Origin: Salisapilia sapeloensis CBS 127946
Lineage: Eukaryota > Protista > Oomycota
DNA length: 64,000 bases
Assembly: GCA_023334545.1 (NCBI GenBank)
Contig: JAADVB010000001.1
Span: 62,001 to 126,000 of the forward strand
Direction: 5' to 3'
In this document: positions 25,186 to 36,481 of the stretch, in pieces
How positions within the stretch are numbered: position 1 is the first letter of the stretch
How the letters are laid out: each line of letters begins with the position of its first letter
Program-made: the position numbers and the translations under genes
The notes under the pieces: generated by a model
The model's input: the letters and a program-made list of their open reading frames with translations, nothing else
Database searches by the model: none
Told to the model about the DNA's origin: nothing

Positions 25186-25404
25186 GCTAAAGCAATACAA
25201 CTGATAATTATCAAGTACCGATGCTGGTGCTTAGCTCTGAAGCGCAGCTAATCCCATGCAGCTAATTCTTTCCAAAACCTTTGTTTTACGATGCACCCAG
25301 TCTCTGATTGGTTAATTTACATCTTTAATTCCCGCCTGCTTTGTGGACGTTATACAAACTTTCTTCCAGGGAGACGAGCTACTTCTCCCTAGATCTACTC
25401 GACG

Positions 25405-26463
25405 ATGGGCAATTTCCTCGCAGCACCGATCACAGAGAAAGTGACGGAAACCGGATCTGGTAATGACCTGAGCTACGGCATCTCCGCCATGCAAGGCTGG
25501 CGCACGAGCATGGAAGACGCGCACGTCGCTGTCTTTGACTTTGCTGCCGAAGGGTCCCCGGCGAATCATATGCCCAAGGACTACTCGCTCTTTGCAGTCT
25601 GTGACGGCCATGGCGGGTCCCACGCAGCTGAAATGGCGTGTGAAATCCTTGCCGAAGTCTTTGCAGCGACTGCCGAGTCGCATCAGCTATTCAAAGATGG
25701 AAAGACGCCGACGCCAGAAGAGATCGGAAAAGCGTTGCGAGATGCATACTTGGACCTGGACCAGCGCATTAAGCGCTCAGAACAAGTCCAGCAAGGCATG
25801 GACCAGAGCGGGTGCACAGCCATCTCGGCTGTCGTTACGCCAACACATATCATCGTGGCCAACGCCGGCGACTCGCGCGGCGTCCTGGCGAAGAACGGAA
25901 AGACGGAACCCATGTCATACGACCACAAACCAATGAACGACACGGAGCGCCAGCGAATTGAAAAGGCTGGTGGCTTGGTCCGTGGCAACCGCGTGAACGG
26001 TGACTTGGCCGTTTCTCGTGCTCTTGGCGACTTTACGTACAAGCAGAGCGACGAGCTCAAGGACGAGGAGCAACAGGTGTCAGCTGAGCCAGAGGTCAAG
26101 ATCGAGAAGCGAGATGGGTCGGAAGAGTTCCTCGTCCTCGCTTGCGACGGTATCTGGGACGTCATGTCGAATGACGACGTGAACGCGCACGTCCGTGATT
26201 TGATGCAAAAGGGTGAGAACGACATGGGCTTGATCGCGGAAGACGTCATGGACGTGTGCCTCCGCTTAGGTAGTCGCGACAACATGAGCGTTGTCTTGAT
26301 TAAATTCCCTGCCGCCAAGATTGGCAGCGGCGAAGGCGTTGCCGGTATCCGTCGGGAACGAGAAAAGGAAGAGGAAGAAGCGAGGAAGCATGACGATAGC
26401 CCGAATACTCCGAAAGACATTATCGAAAGCCTGCCTGCCGCCAAGACCGACGGTAGTGCTTAA
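25405..26463 (+). CDS. Protein phosphatase 2C (PPM family, PTC2/PPM1A-like)
   Basis: MQGWRTSMEDAH, VCDGHGG, NAGDSR, DHKP, LAVSRALGDF, LACDGIWDV, GSRDNMS; N-terminal MGNFL is a possible myristoylation site. Confidence 0.96.
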   Translation: MGNFLAAPITEKVTETGSGNDLSYGISAMQGWRTSMEDAHVAVFDFAAEGSPANHMPKDYSLFAVCDGHGGSHAAEMACEILAEVFAATAESHQLFKDGKTPTPEEIGKALRDAYLDLDQRIKRSEQVQQGMDQSGCTAISAVVTPTHIIVANAGDSRGVLAKNGKTEPMSYDHKPMNDTERQRIEKAGGLVRGNRVNGDLAVSRALGDFTYKQSDELKDEEQQVSAEPEVKIEKRDGSEEFLVLACDGIWDVMSNDDVNAHVRDLMQKGENDMGLIAEDVMDVCLRLGSRDNMSVVLIKFPAAKIGSGEGVAGIRREREKEEEEARKHDDSPNTPKDIIESLPAAKTDGSA

Positions 26464-26512
26464 GCTCTTAACAAGAAATAATCGCATTTTGGCTATCAGA
26501 GATACAATGCAC

Positions 26513-27766
26513 TTAATCTGTATGTTTCACATGGTGCGTAGGAGACGATGGCGCACTCCGTCGTTCACGATTGCTACTGGTGTGGGCTGTGTGGTTCGTC
26601 GGACGAGTGTACTTGGTCAAGTCCAAGTGGCGAAAGTACTCGATCGTGCGGCGCAAACCTTCTTCAATGTCGATGCGAGGCGTCCAGTCCAAGTGTGTTC
26701 TAGACATGTCTTAGTAGCTATCCGTAGGTAGAGGAGAGAAGGACGTGTACTGTGCGAGGGAAATGTCCGGTCGACGCAGCTTGGGGTCGTTAAGAGGGAG
26801 ATCTTGGAAGATGATCTGGCTCTTGGAACCAGACAGCCGGATGATCCTTTCAGCTAGCTCCAATACAGTCATTTCGTGTGGGTTGCCCAAGTTCATCGGA
26901 CCAACGGTGGATCGACAGGCCATAAATTTCACGATCCCATCGACGAGATCGTCCACGTAGCAAAAGGATCGTGTCTGTTGACCAGACCCGTAGATCGTAA
27001 TGTCTTCATTCGCTAGTGCTTGCATGATAAAGTTGCTAACGACACGACCATCGTAAGGATGCATGCCAGGGCCGTAGGTGTTAAAGATCCGACCGACACG
27101 AATGTCGAGGTTGTGCGTACGATGGTACTCAAAGAAGAGCGTTTCAGCTACTCGCTTGCCTTCATCGTAGCAAGCTCGGACACCCGTGCAACTGACACGT
27201 CCCCAGTAGTCTTCACTCTACACGACGAGTTAGATCGGATGATGGCAATATAAGATAAAGTCTACCTGTGGCGAGACTTCTGGATCACCATACACCTCGC
27301 TTGTGGACGCTTGGAAGATCCGAGCTTTGAGTCGTTTCGCTAGTCCTAACAAGTGCATGGCTCCCAAGAACGAGACTTTGGTCGTCTTAATCGGGTTGTA
27401 CTGATAATGCACTGGCGAGGCTGGACATGCTAGATTGTAGATCTCGTCGACCTCACACGAATATGGTTGTGTCACGTCGTGACGGATGAACTCAAAGTTC
27501 GGGTACTTTTGCTGCAGTCGAATCACAGTCACACGCTGACTTGTGAAGAGGTTGTCCAGGCAGATCACTTCATGACCTTGTTCGAGCAATCGCTGGCATA
27601 AATGCATGCCAATAAAACCAGCTCCACCGGCGACTAAAATACGTCGGAGACCTCCTTCTGGACGTAATTGGGGCGGCATTGGAATTGGAGCTGGCGGAGG
27701 TGGTGTCAGTGGCTGACTTTCTTCATCCTTGTCGGATGCGAGCGTGTCGTTGGTAAAGCTGGGCAT
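26513..27766 (-). CDS. UXS1: UDP-glucuronate decarboxylase / UDP-xylose synthase (3 exons)
   Basis: [44 protein letters not shown] (YxxxK), [25 protein letters not shown]. Confidence 0.95.
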
Positions 27767-28638
27767 GCGTACCGAGGACAGAATGAAACTTATGTGGTCC
27801 GAGTGTAGTCGAAGATTAAGTGACAGGCTCGTTTGTCACAGACTGCCACAGTCTCAGGCGAGATGCATGTAAACTGTGCGGTAGGCAGGTCTACTAGAGG
27901 TATCCCAGGTAGCAATTGATAATGGTGATGCTATGTAGAAAATTGATAGCAGGGTTTAGAATGACATTGGAAATCTTAGTAAGAAACAGGCTGCAGGAAG
28001 ATTGTGGACGAGTACATTCGAGTGAAGTTTTGCGACAGCCAAGAACGAGTTTCGTGCGAGCTGACGTTTCGCCTAGTTCAACCACATTCAAGTAGACATT
28101 CGATCTGGTTATCTCGTCGTTGTTTGCTGATTGTGGCAAAGTCCATTCGTCCCTGAAGTGTATCCTTGTTGCGAGTGCTAACGAGTACTTCTATGTATAT
28201 TTTCCTTTTTTTCATTTCCATGAACGGTGCTTCGAAACGGTCATGCGCATGAGCTACATAGAATCTGTGTTGAGAAGCTTGAATCCATGAGCAGGAGCAC
28301 ACTCTTCCGTTACCAGTCGTTAAAGACCTGACTGTTGGAACACATGGGAATCGGCATAAAATGAACTCCATGCCAACACTAGCTTTGTACGCTATAAATA
28401 TACCCTTCTTGGGCCCCGATCCCAACGTTCTCGTTCCAGTACCAGTCAACCCTTGTTCTCCAAGCAGACATCTCGAGATTCCTTGCCACTAGGAGATCCA
28501 ATACTTCAGCTTCTGAGACGAAGCTACTAAAATTCCAGTCGTACCATCGAAGGTTCAGATCACTCGGAGCTGAATATTCCTCGCTATTAATCCATTCAAC
28601 TACGCACTCACTTCACAATCGGACCTCGTACGACCGGA

Positions 28639-30167
28639 ATGGCTTTTTATCATGAACAGAAGAAGAAGTCTTCCTTTGACGCGGCAGACGTCATGACGTC
28701 GTCGACGGCCAAACCGGTGGGGAAGACGTTCTCCGTGATGAATCTGCTTCAGGGTGCGATGACCAGTAAGCCTGGTGCACGCGCATCGACCGGTCGATCG
28801 GAATTCATGGTGCGATGAACTCTATCCTCGTATCTTATCTGGAAGTTAATGTCTTGCGTAGACGATCGTTCTCGTGACGCTCTGGTATATGTTCTCCGCC
28901 TCGGCGACGTTTACGAATAAAGTGCTCGTGAAGCAGCACCACGTCGCGGGGGAAATGCTCAATCTCTCCCATCTCTTCATCAGTCTCCTCCTCGACTGTA
29001 CGTCTACTCTCTTTCCTCTCCTATCCACTTTTTATTTACGCTACATGTAGTCACGATGCTGACGTTCCCCACGACTCGATCATCCGCTGCACCTTGGAGG
29101 ATGCAGTACATTTCGATGAAAACACTGCTGTGGTTTGTTCCGCTCAGCATGTTCTCCGTACTGGCAAAAGTCTTTACCTACTGGAGCTACGGCACCGTTC
29201 CCGTCTCCATTACCCACACGTGCAAGGTACTTTACTCCATGCACCATACCACTCCACAAGACTAACACAAGATATAGGCAAGCCAACCATTTTTCAACGT
29301 CCTGCTCGCATACACAGCGTACAACCAAAAGTTCTCCTGGACTACGTACTTGACGCTACTCCCGATCGTCGCTGGAGTCACCCTCGCCTCCATCTCGGAG
29401 ATCGGCATGAACGTACGTTTCTTTATCTCTACATCTACACTCTAGACAGAGCTGACATGATCGATTGAATAGAACATGGCTATTGGTGGCACGGTCTTTG
29501 CCGTCACATCCGCTCTGCTTGGCGTCATGCAGGTATGCCATCTTATTCATGCCTGTAGATAGCGTATACTCATCCACGTATTAGAGCATGTACGCAAAGT
29601 TCCTCCTTCGAAAAGGAATTGTCGGCGACAGTGTCAACGTACGTTTTCTATCAATACCTTCCTTTGTCTCGTTCCTCATCTCTCTTGTAGCTCCACTTTT
29701 ATAATGCTCTCATCTCCTTTGCGATCAACGCTCCATTGGCCGTTTGGAGCAACAGCACAGCATCTTCCTCGACGCAATTTACCGAAGAGCTGACGACACA
29801 AACGTGCGTTTATGTAATTTCCTTGCACATATTAGTCTCTAACTATTTCCATCGTAGATTCCCTTACTTGATGTGCATCGTCTGCAGTCTCATGTCATTC
29901 GTCGGAAGCTTTTGCTCTACCATCGTCCTTGGCGACGTCTCTGAACTCACGTTCTCCATCATGAGCACGATGAAACGTGTCGTCGTCATCCTCGGAGCAG
30001 TCGTCTACTTTGGCAACCCCGTGACGTTCCAGTCCGTTAGTGGCATGCTCCTCGCCATCAGCGGCGTCGGCGCCTACCAGATTATGAATATGAAGTCGAG
30101 ATCCAAGGACGCTCAGACGTTGCCGCATACCGTTCGAGACGTAGAAAAAGATAAATTGGCCGTATAG
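28639..30167 (+). CDS. Triose-phosphate/nucleotide-sugar transporter family (DMT, SLC35E-like), multi-exon
   Basis: LWYMFSASATFTNK, SYGTVPVSITHTCK, LSTMKRV-type motif (FSIMSTMKRVVVILGAVVYFGNPVT), multiple hydrophobic helices. Confidence 0.85.
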
Positions 30168-30226
30168 ACTCCGACATAGAAGAGATACTCAAGTCAAACA
30201 AAACGAATGGAATGCAAAATACTGTT

Positions 30227-31004
30227 TTATACATCGACACGGCCGAGGCCCAAGTCGTCCGTCGCTTCGTTCGTCGCTTCATTCGTCTCGTTCGCCGTGC
30301 CGTCGTTGCCAGTCAGACCTTCCATATCCGCAGACACTTGGCCATTCGAACTGTCTGTCGGCTGCTGCTGCAGACGCTGGTACTGCTGCACCAATTGCTG
30401 CTGCAGCTGCGGATTCGGGAATTGCATGCCCGAACTGGCGTTCTGTTGCAAGATCTGCTGCAGGATCGCAGCTTGCTGTTGTTGCAATTGCTGCTGGTAC
30501 ACGACTTGCGGGTCCATGCCAGCCTTTTTCGCCGGCTTCACGTCGTCGCGTGGGACGATATCGATGAGGAAGTCGAAAACGTCCGCTTTCGTCACGGCCA
30601 TGGCAATGTCGCTCCTTTGGAGCGTACGACGCTTGTTCTCTTCCGTATGAATCCACGCACGTAGACTCAGTTCGAGAATGAACATCTCGCATGCCTTCGC
30701 AAAGAGCATCGGGGCCTCAGCACTGATCATCTAGTCCAGTATAAGTTTTCCTATACCATGTTGATAGAAATGTATGTGGTCATACTCGAACGTCTTCGTC
30801 GGTCTTCATGATCTTCTTGATACGAGCGAGAGGTAGTTGATGCGTACGAAAGTCAAACGTGCTCGGGTCGACCTCGGAGATCTCCTGTACTTGTTGCTGC
30901 CAAAAGTTCTGCAACTGGAGCTGCTGCTGCTGCATTTGAGCCCTCTGGTTCTGGATCTGCATTTGCATTTGCATACTGTTTTGACTATCGTCTTCGTTCG
31001 ACAT
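30227..31004 (-). CDS. NFYC: NF-Y subunit C (HAP5/CBF-C), histone-fold CCAAT-binding factor (2 exons)
   Basis: [19 protein letters not shown]|[43 protein letters not shown]...[10 protein letters not shown]; Q-rich flanks. Confidence 0.96.
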
Positions 31005-31200
31005 GCTACATAAGACCGAGTTAGTCATCATGGAAATACATCTCGGGCATGCCCTGCGCCTCAAGCAAGCTCATTGGGTACCTTGCGTTCGATGCTGGTT
31101 GGCCGATTACCTTCTCCAGTCTCCAATCGCTGTCTGCCTCTCGATTTTTATGAGCGTAGTTTTAGGATGGGCTAATTTGAACGTTCTAGAAATAGAGCAA

Positions 31201-31216
31201 TCTCCGCCAATCAGAA
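31201..31216. promoter_or_regulatory. CCAATCAG (NF-Y-type) box in the divergent region upstream of NF-YC
   Basis: GCCAATCAG at ~31206-31214; a second CCAATC at ~31123. Confidence 0.45.
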
Positions 31217-31257
31217 TCCATAGAATGAACGCTATTTCTGGGTTTATGCTCAACATC

Positions 31258-31799
31258 ATGCCCTGGCATTGGCACTCGGAGGAACCAAAGGTACATGCAG
31301 ACAAGTTGCAGGTATATGGAGATGTTTTGATTAGATGCGTAAAAGTATGGTTTATTCAAACGCGATAGAATAAAGGAATTACTTTTAAGAAATGGCTACG
31401 TCAAAAGCGAAAGCAATGTCCAGATATAGATGATAATCAAGAACAGCAACCTGAACCTGTGCGTGGGAAAGAGATGACGAGAAAGCAATTACTGCGTTGG
31501 GCTCATGAAAAGCAGCGTAAACGTAAAAATGAGTCAGATACGAACAAGGACTTTACAGATGTCACCGATAAAGTAATCGTAGTCTTCATTCTACATGCTA
31601 AATTCCTGTACTCATTCACCTACAGCCTCGAATTAAGTATCCAAATCTGCATGTAAATCCGCCCAGCAAAGGCAAAAAGAAGGTTACCAAGCAGGACAAT
31701 AGCACGTTAAAGGTTCAAGCGCCCAAACATGTTGGTTTGCTTACATTCTGGTCACCTATGAAGACTAATGTGATGAGTAGACTCAGGAAGAAATTGTAA
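31258..31799 (+). CDS. Small basic hypothetical protein (~143 aa; exons 31258-31311, 31369-31572, 31626-31799), not resolved by the ORF track
   Basis: Two phase-0 GT-AG introns of 57 and 53 nt join an open frame MPWHWHSEEPKVHADKLQ|NKGITFKKWLRQKRKQ...LLRWAHEKQRKRK...TDK|PRIKYPNLHVNPPSKGKK...RLRKKL*. Start may be at 31225 or 31246. Confidence 0.6.
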
Positions 31800-32010
31800 A
31801 TGCATACGAGTCATGGGCACAAAGGAAAAAGAGAGAAGATAACTATAGGGCTCTGGTGGCAAGAGTAGCAGAATTGGAACATAGAGAAGAGACATATCGT
31901 TCTCATGAACAAAATTGGCAACGCAAAGTAGTTGTCTGCGCATACTCGATCAACCGGGCGAATGCAAACATATTCAAATAAAGAGTTGCCAATACATTGG
32001 TATCTTAGAC

Positions 32011-34436
32011 CTAACTGTTATCATCGTCCAATTCACCTTTCTCCTCGTTCTCACCGTTCGTCGGTGACTTCACTGCGCCCACTTCGATGACTTTCGGCTT
32101 GCCAGACTTCCCGCCCATTATCTTCTGGAGTTCTTTGCTCATATACGCGCTCGATTTCCCATTGTTCATCTTCGTATCCACACAAAAGCAAAGCAAGATT
32201 GTATCAATCGCAGTTTCGTACACGTTGGCGAATGCAGAAGCAATGAGCCAGGATAACACACAAGAGCAAAGTACCGGTGCCAGAGGCGAAGTTACCGGTT
32301 CATCGCCCAAAAGGTTGCTTCGCTGCTTTCGCATTGACTCGGAGGATAGAATGGTGAAAATAATTATACCAGTCGAAAGCGTAATCGTCAGCTTCACAAG
32401 CAGGAGTAAGAAGAAGCTGATGGAGTTCACCACTGCAACACGAGCGACGTTCGAGACGATGAGACCAACTGCCTCCATGGAGGCTGAGCAAAAAGACTTT
32501 CCTTTCATAGCGATGATGATATAAGCATTCTTCGTCATGAATTTGAGACACTTTTCAAAGCACCAGAGGCAGCATTTGATTATCATGAAGGCAACTTTTA
32601 CAACGCGATTCGATTGTTGCAATTCCCTCGTGCTACATGGCAAATGATTTTTAGTCGTATGCTGTAAATACAAGTACAAAAGACTTACTTGCGCTCAATG
32701 TACTCAAAGATGAGGCGGAGTAGCTGAACGAAAGCGATGATAAATGAACCGAAAAGGAGAGAGCCCAAGCTAAATCGCAGAATCCATTTCAGCGCTCTAG
32801 CGATTGGAAACTTTGCCTCCATGTGACGCTTTCCGTCGTCTTCGATTGGAGTCCAGTAGTACTGGGCTACCGCTCCAGCAAGCACACATATTCCTACTGC
32901 CTGGATGAACTGATTTAGCCAAAGAAAGCCAAACGCGTGGTACACTAGCAAAACTTGTTGCAGCCGTTTTCCAGCCACGCTCTCCAATGCGCTCATGTCC
33001 ACATCACTCGAGCTTGTGTTCGTCGTATTAAGAGCAAGTTCCATTGTCGACTGAACGCTAGACGTAAGATCATCTGAACTGAGCAAATAAGCTCCAATTG
33101 CAGTCGCGTACCCCACCAACGTCAGGAACATGGTCGATGGTATCACTGGCCATGCTAGTAGCAATGGCATCTTTCGAATAGCGCGTGAGCTCTCCCGAAT
33201 GACAGCGATAGCAATCTTTACACGCTGTCTCATGGCCAGTAATACAAGGCAGACAACTACTGTCCCGACCCATAGCACATAGGCAACAACTTTAAACTGA
33301 GCCACATTTGCGTTTGGTGAATCCAGCAAGAGCTCCGCACGATCAGTTGAGTTAGCGCCTAAAGTTGATGCGGTGGAATTGAGAAAGTCGAGAGCTGAAC
33401 TGATATCTTCTGGAGGGATGATACCACCACGTACAGAGCAAAAGAGGCTCATCATAATCAAGACAAGAACAACACCCACGCAGGTGAACCACACGATGCA
33501 AGATGCAGCAACTTGGAGTAGGCCAAGCCATATTACGCCCAACAAAGCCGACCCCGCGCCAGCAACGAGGAGAATGAGGTATTTTGCTGTGTTCATATCA
33601 CTAAGGAAGCGACCCAAGGTTGCTACATGTGTCTGAAGCTGATCTGATACAGGTGAGCTCGAGGTTGCCTCGACTTCCCATACGGCTTTTTGGACTTGCT
33701 TCGTTCTACATACGAGAGTGCATTCTTCAGCAATATATAAATCTGCTGTACATGCTGGATCGGCATCCGGTGGATCTAAACATCTCTCTTCAAGCACGGT
33801 TTCATTCGATGACTTGATCGGTAGGCAGCGGAATAAGACAGATATAGTCTCCTGGGCTGATGTCCAGCAAATGGAATCATCGTAAGAGCAGGTAGATGTA
33901 CCTGGCTCAGGACAGGCGTTGACACAGATTCCAAAGAGCGGTGCCGAGGTGAAAGGAATCCCTTGAGCTGCAGCAGCGATGATGTCTTCATCCAAGCGTG
34001 GATAAACGATAAACTGTTTATCCACTAGCTCACCATCGCCGCATGTGTTCCCGTTATAATCTTTTGCATACACCAAGCTATACGAGAGGAGTTAGCAAAT
34101 GGTACGATAATGGTATTGAAAGATGTACCTGTGAGGGTTTCCAGATTGAAGAGCAACAAATGCCACTACTGCCTGTAATTGAAAGTACGGAAACATTAGA
34201 TCAGAGCGGGATAAAATAATATGACATGAGAGCGCCGTACCATTCCAATCCAGTAAACGATAAAGATTGGAATGCATATAACATCCCGACATCTAGTTAA
34301 ACATCAAACCATGAGCTGATTCAATGAACGAAGTACAAATGGTGATCAAATACCTTCGCTCACTTGTGTTTGCCAGCGCGCTTTGTACATTACCTTCGTC
34401 CTCTGTCTTGGAGAAGCAGCCTAAACAACCTGCCAT
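32011..34436 (-). CDS. Choline transporter-like (CTL/SLC44) multi-pass membrane protein (5 exons)
   Basis: ERRCRDVICIPIF...GNPHSLVYAKDYNGNTCG; GSLLFGSFII; CCLWCFEKCLKFMTKNAYI; VYETAIDTILLCFCVD. Confidence 0.92.
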
Positions 34437-34540
34437 GGCAATTTTGATATCGAGAGGACGTGGATATGCATGAAACGATTGATTAGAAACTTTAAGTTGA
34501 AACGAATTAAGCTTTATCCTTTGTAGGCTACTGTGGTTAA

Positions 34541-35749
34541 ATGGATGGATATGGTGACAAAAACGATCATGTGCCTTTGGAGTTTTTACGCGGGGCGGAG
34601 TCTAAGGCATATGCATCCACTCTCAATCTGCGCGGGATCCAATCGACTCGTACTACGCATTCATTTGCCGATGATATACCGCGAAGACAACGAGAATTTG
34701 CAGCTCAGTTGCTGCTAAGACGGCTACAACAAGCACAAGACGACGATTCACCGCCGAATCTTCATGAGCGATTGCTCGCTGAATACAATTCGCAACCAGA
34801 TTACCAAAAGTCAGTCGCACTCCAACCCAGGCCACCGCGTATTAAGCGTCCTTCATCTAGCAAGAAAAGCGATATCGAGGTGGATAAGCTTGAAGATCCG
34901 GCCATAAACGCTCCTTCTCGAGTGCTAGTAGACGTCAAAGGAAATCATTACCGCTTACACGGTATACCAGATAGAAATAGTCACAAACGAGATGTAGTTC
35001 GCAACCGAAAACGAGAGGAGGAAATCCAGCAGTTCAGACGCCGGTTGCGGCTAGAACTGTCTGAGCAACAAACTGCTCTGAAAACGCGTGCAAAGGAAGT
35101 GGAGGACTCTATTGCTTACTCTCAAGCCTCGAGAACACGTAAAGTAGGTACCACACGTGTTGACAAAGTCGAATTACCGAATAATCCTGAATCGCGTCCA
35201 GTGGTATCGATGCCTGCATGCAAGGCCCATTCCTCCAGCGTATATTCAGAACCCTTTGCTCCTCGTGATGTTGCAGTTAATAATACAGTCTCTCCGGCTG
35301 TAGCAGAATCTATGCGTGAGCTTAGGCAGTACGCACGGTTAAAAGATGAAGACATAGATGATAAGCGAAATGATTTCCGCCAGCACCAGATTTTGGAACA
35401 TAAGAAGACCGTTGCACGTTCAAACACGAGCCGACCGACGTTCCTCTCTGCGCTTCGCCTTGATGAAGTTGAAGAGGTGGAAGAATGTAAGCAACTTCCT
35501 TTGTCATTGACTGAAAGAGAGCCCATCGAGAGAATTCGGTCACCACGAGAAGCTAAACAAAGTTCACGACGATGGAAACCTACAGGAGAAGGGCGATATA
35601 ATGTTCCTTATCAAGACCTGAACTTGGACAGTAGGCTAGGTGGCGGCTTTACGAAAAGTAAATGTGCGTCAGCGAAACGTAGGGACAAAAGCTCGCAAGA
35701 ATCGCTCGGTCTCACCATCACAAATAATGTACAAAAGAAAGCGTCATAA
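34541..35749 (+). CDS. Hypothetical protein (402 aa, charged, coiled-coil-rich)
   Basis: Long ATG ORF filling the gap between flanking genes; no recognisable family. Confidence 0.7.
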   Translation: MDGYGDKNDHVPLEFLRGAESKAYASTLNLRGIQSTRTTHSFADDIPRRQREFAAQLLLRRLQQAQDDDSPPNLHERLLAEYNSQPDYQKSVALQPRPPRIKRPSSSKKSDIEVDKLEDPAINAPSRVLVDVKGNHYRLHGIPDRNSHKRDVVRNRKREEEIQQFRRRLRLELSEQQTALKTRAKEVEDSIAYSQASRTRKVGTTRVDKVELPNNPESRPVVSMPACKAHSSSVYSEPFAPRDVAVNNTVSPAVAESMRELRQYARLKDEDIDDKRNDFRQHQILEHKKTVARSNTSRPTFLSALRLDEVEEVEECKQLPLSLTEREPIERIRSPREAKQSSRRWKPTGEGRYNVPYQDLNLDSRLGGGFTKSKCASAKRRDKSSQESLGLTITNNVQKKAS

Positions 35750-35816
35750 GAGTTTATGGTTCATGGTTCATGGTCACTCTCTTTTAAGTTTATTCCTATC
35801 CGAATACCAAAGTACA

Positions 35817-36369
35817 TCACTTGGATTGGTGGTATGGTGCCGATGTTGTCGGAACTGCACCTCCTTCCGCCGTAGAGGATGACACCGGCTGACAGATCAC
35901 GGCAGTTCCATAGCATGCAATGGAGCAATGCAATCCGAATACCAGCCGATTCATTGTCGTATTAGTATCAAATCGAACGTTTAAAACTGCTGTAGCACCT
36001 TGTGATTCAGCTGCATGCTGCATGCGACTCACAGCTTCCGCCATCGTTTCGTTCAGCAACGCCGTATAGGAAGCAGCTTCTCCACCAAACAGTCCTGCGA
36101 CGGCGACATACATGTCATTAAACAAGTTCTTTGAGCGCACAGCAGTTGCAGAGACTACTCCTAGCTCTTCCACCACTTTCCGTCCTTCAATTCGATCACC
36201 TACATGCAATAATCAACAAACCGCCCATAACTTTTGCACCACTAGACCAGCTACGTGTCGTGAAGTAGATTTCTGACGCTTGTTGTGAGCTTTCATCACT
36301 TGCAAAGTGTCTTGCATGTATATTCCATGCATTCCGAGTGCTTGCACGCACTGCCAATCGCCTAAGCAT
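35817..36369 (-). CDS. ybjQ: YbjQ/UPF0145-family protein with predicted mitochondrial presequence (exons 36369-36255, 36199-35817)
   Basis: Spliced IYFTTRDRIEGRKVVEELGVVSATAVRSKNLFNDM...LFGGEAASYTALLNETMAEAVSRMQHAAESQGATAVLNVRFD...YGTAV matches the YbjQ pattern. N-terminus MLRRLAVRASTRNAWNIHARHFAS. Confidence 0.85.
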
Positions 36370-36481
36370 GTCGTCCAGTAGCTTCCGACAGAATGAGCTG
36401 TCTTATGTACCAACACTCTGACAGATGAAGGTCGTTTCGAGATAAAGTTTATTAGGCTATAAAGCTACTTTCTTTTGTATG

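Noticed and set aside
28078-28449. 123-aa minus ORF between UXS1 and the transporter
   Set aside because: Non-ATG start, no motifs, lies in the putative shared promoter region.
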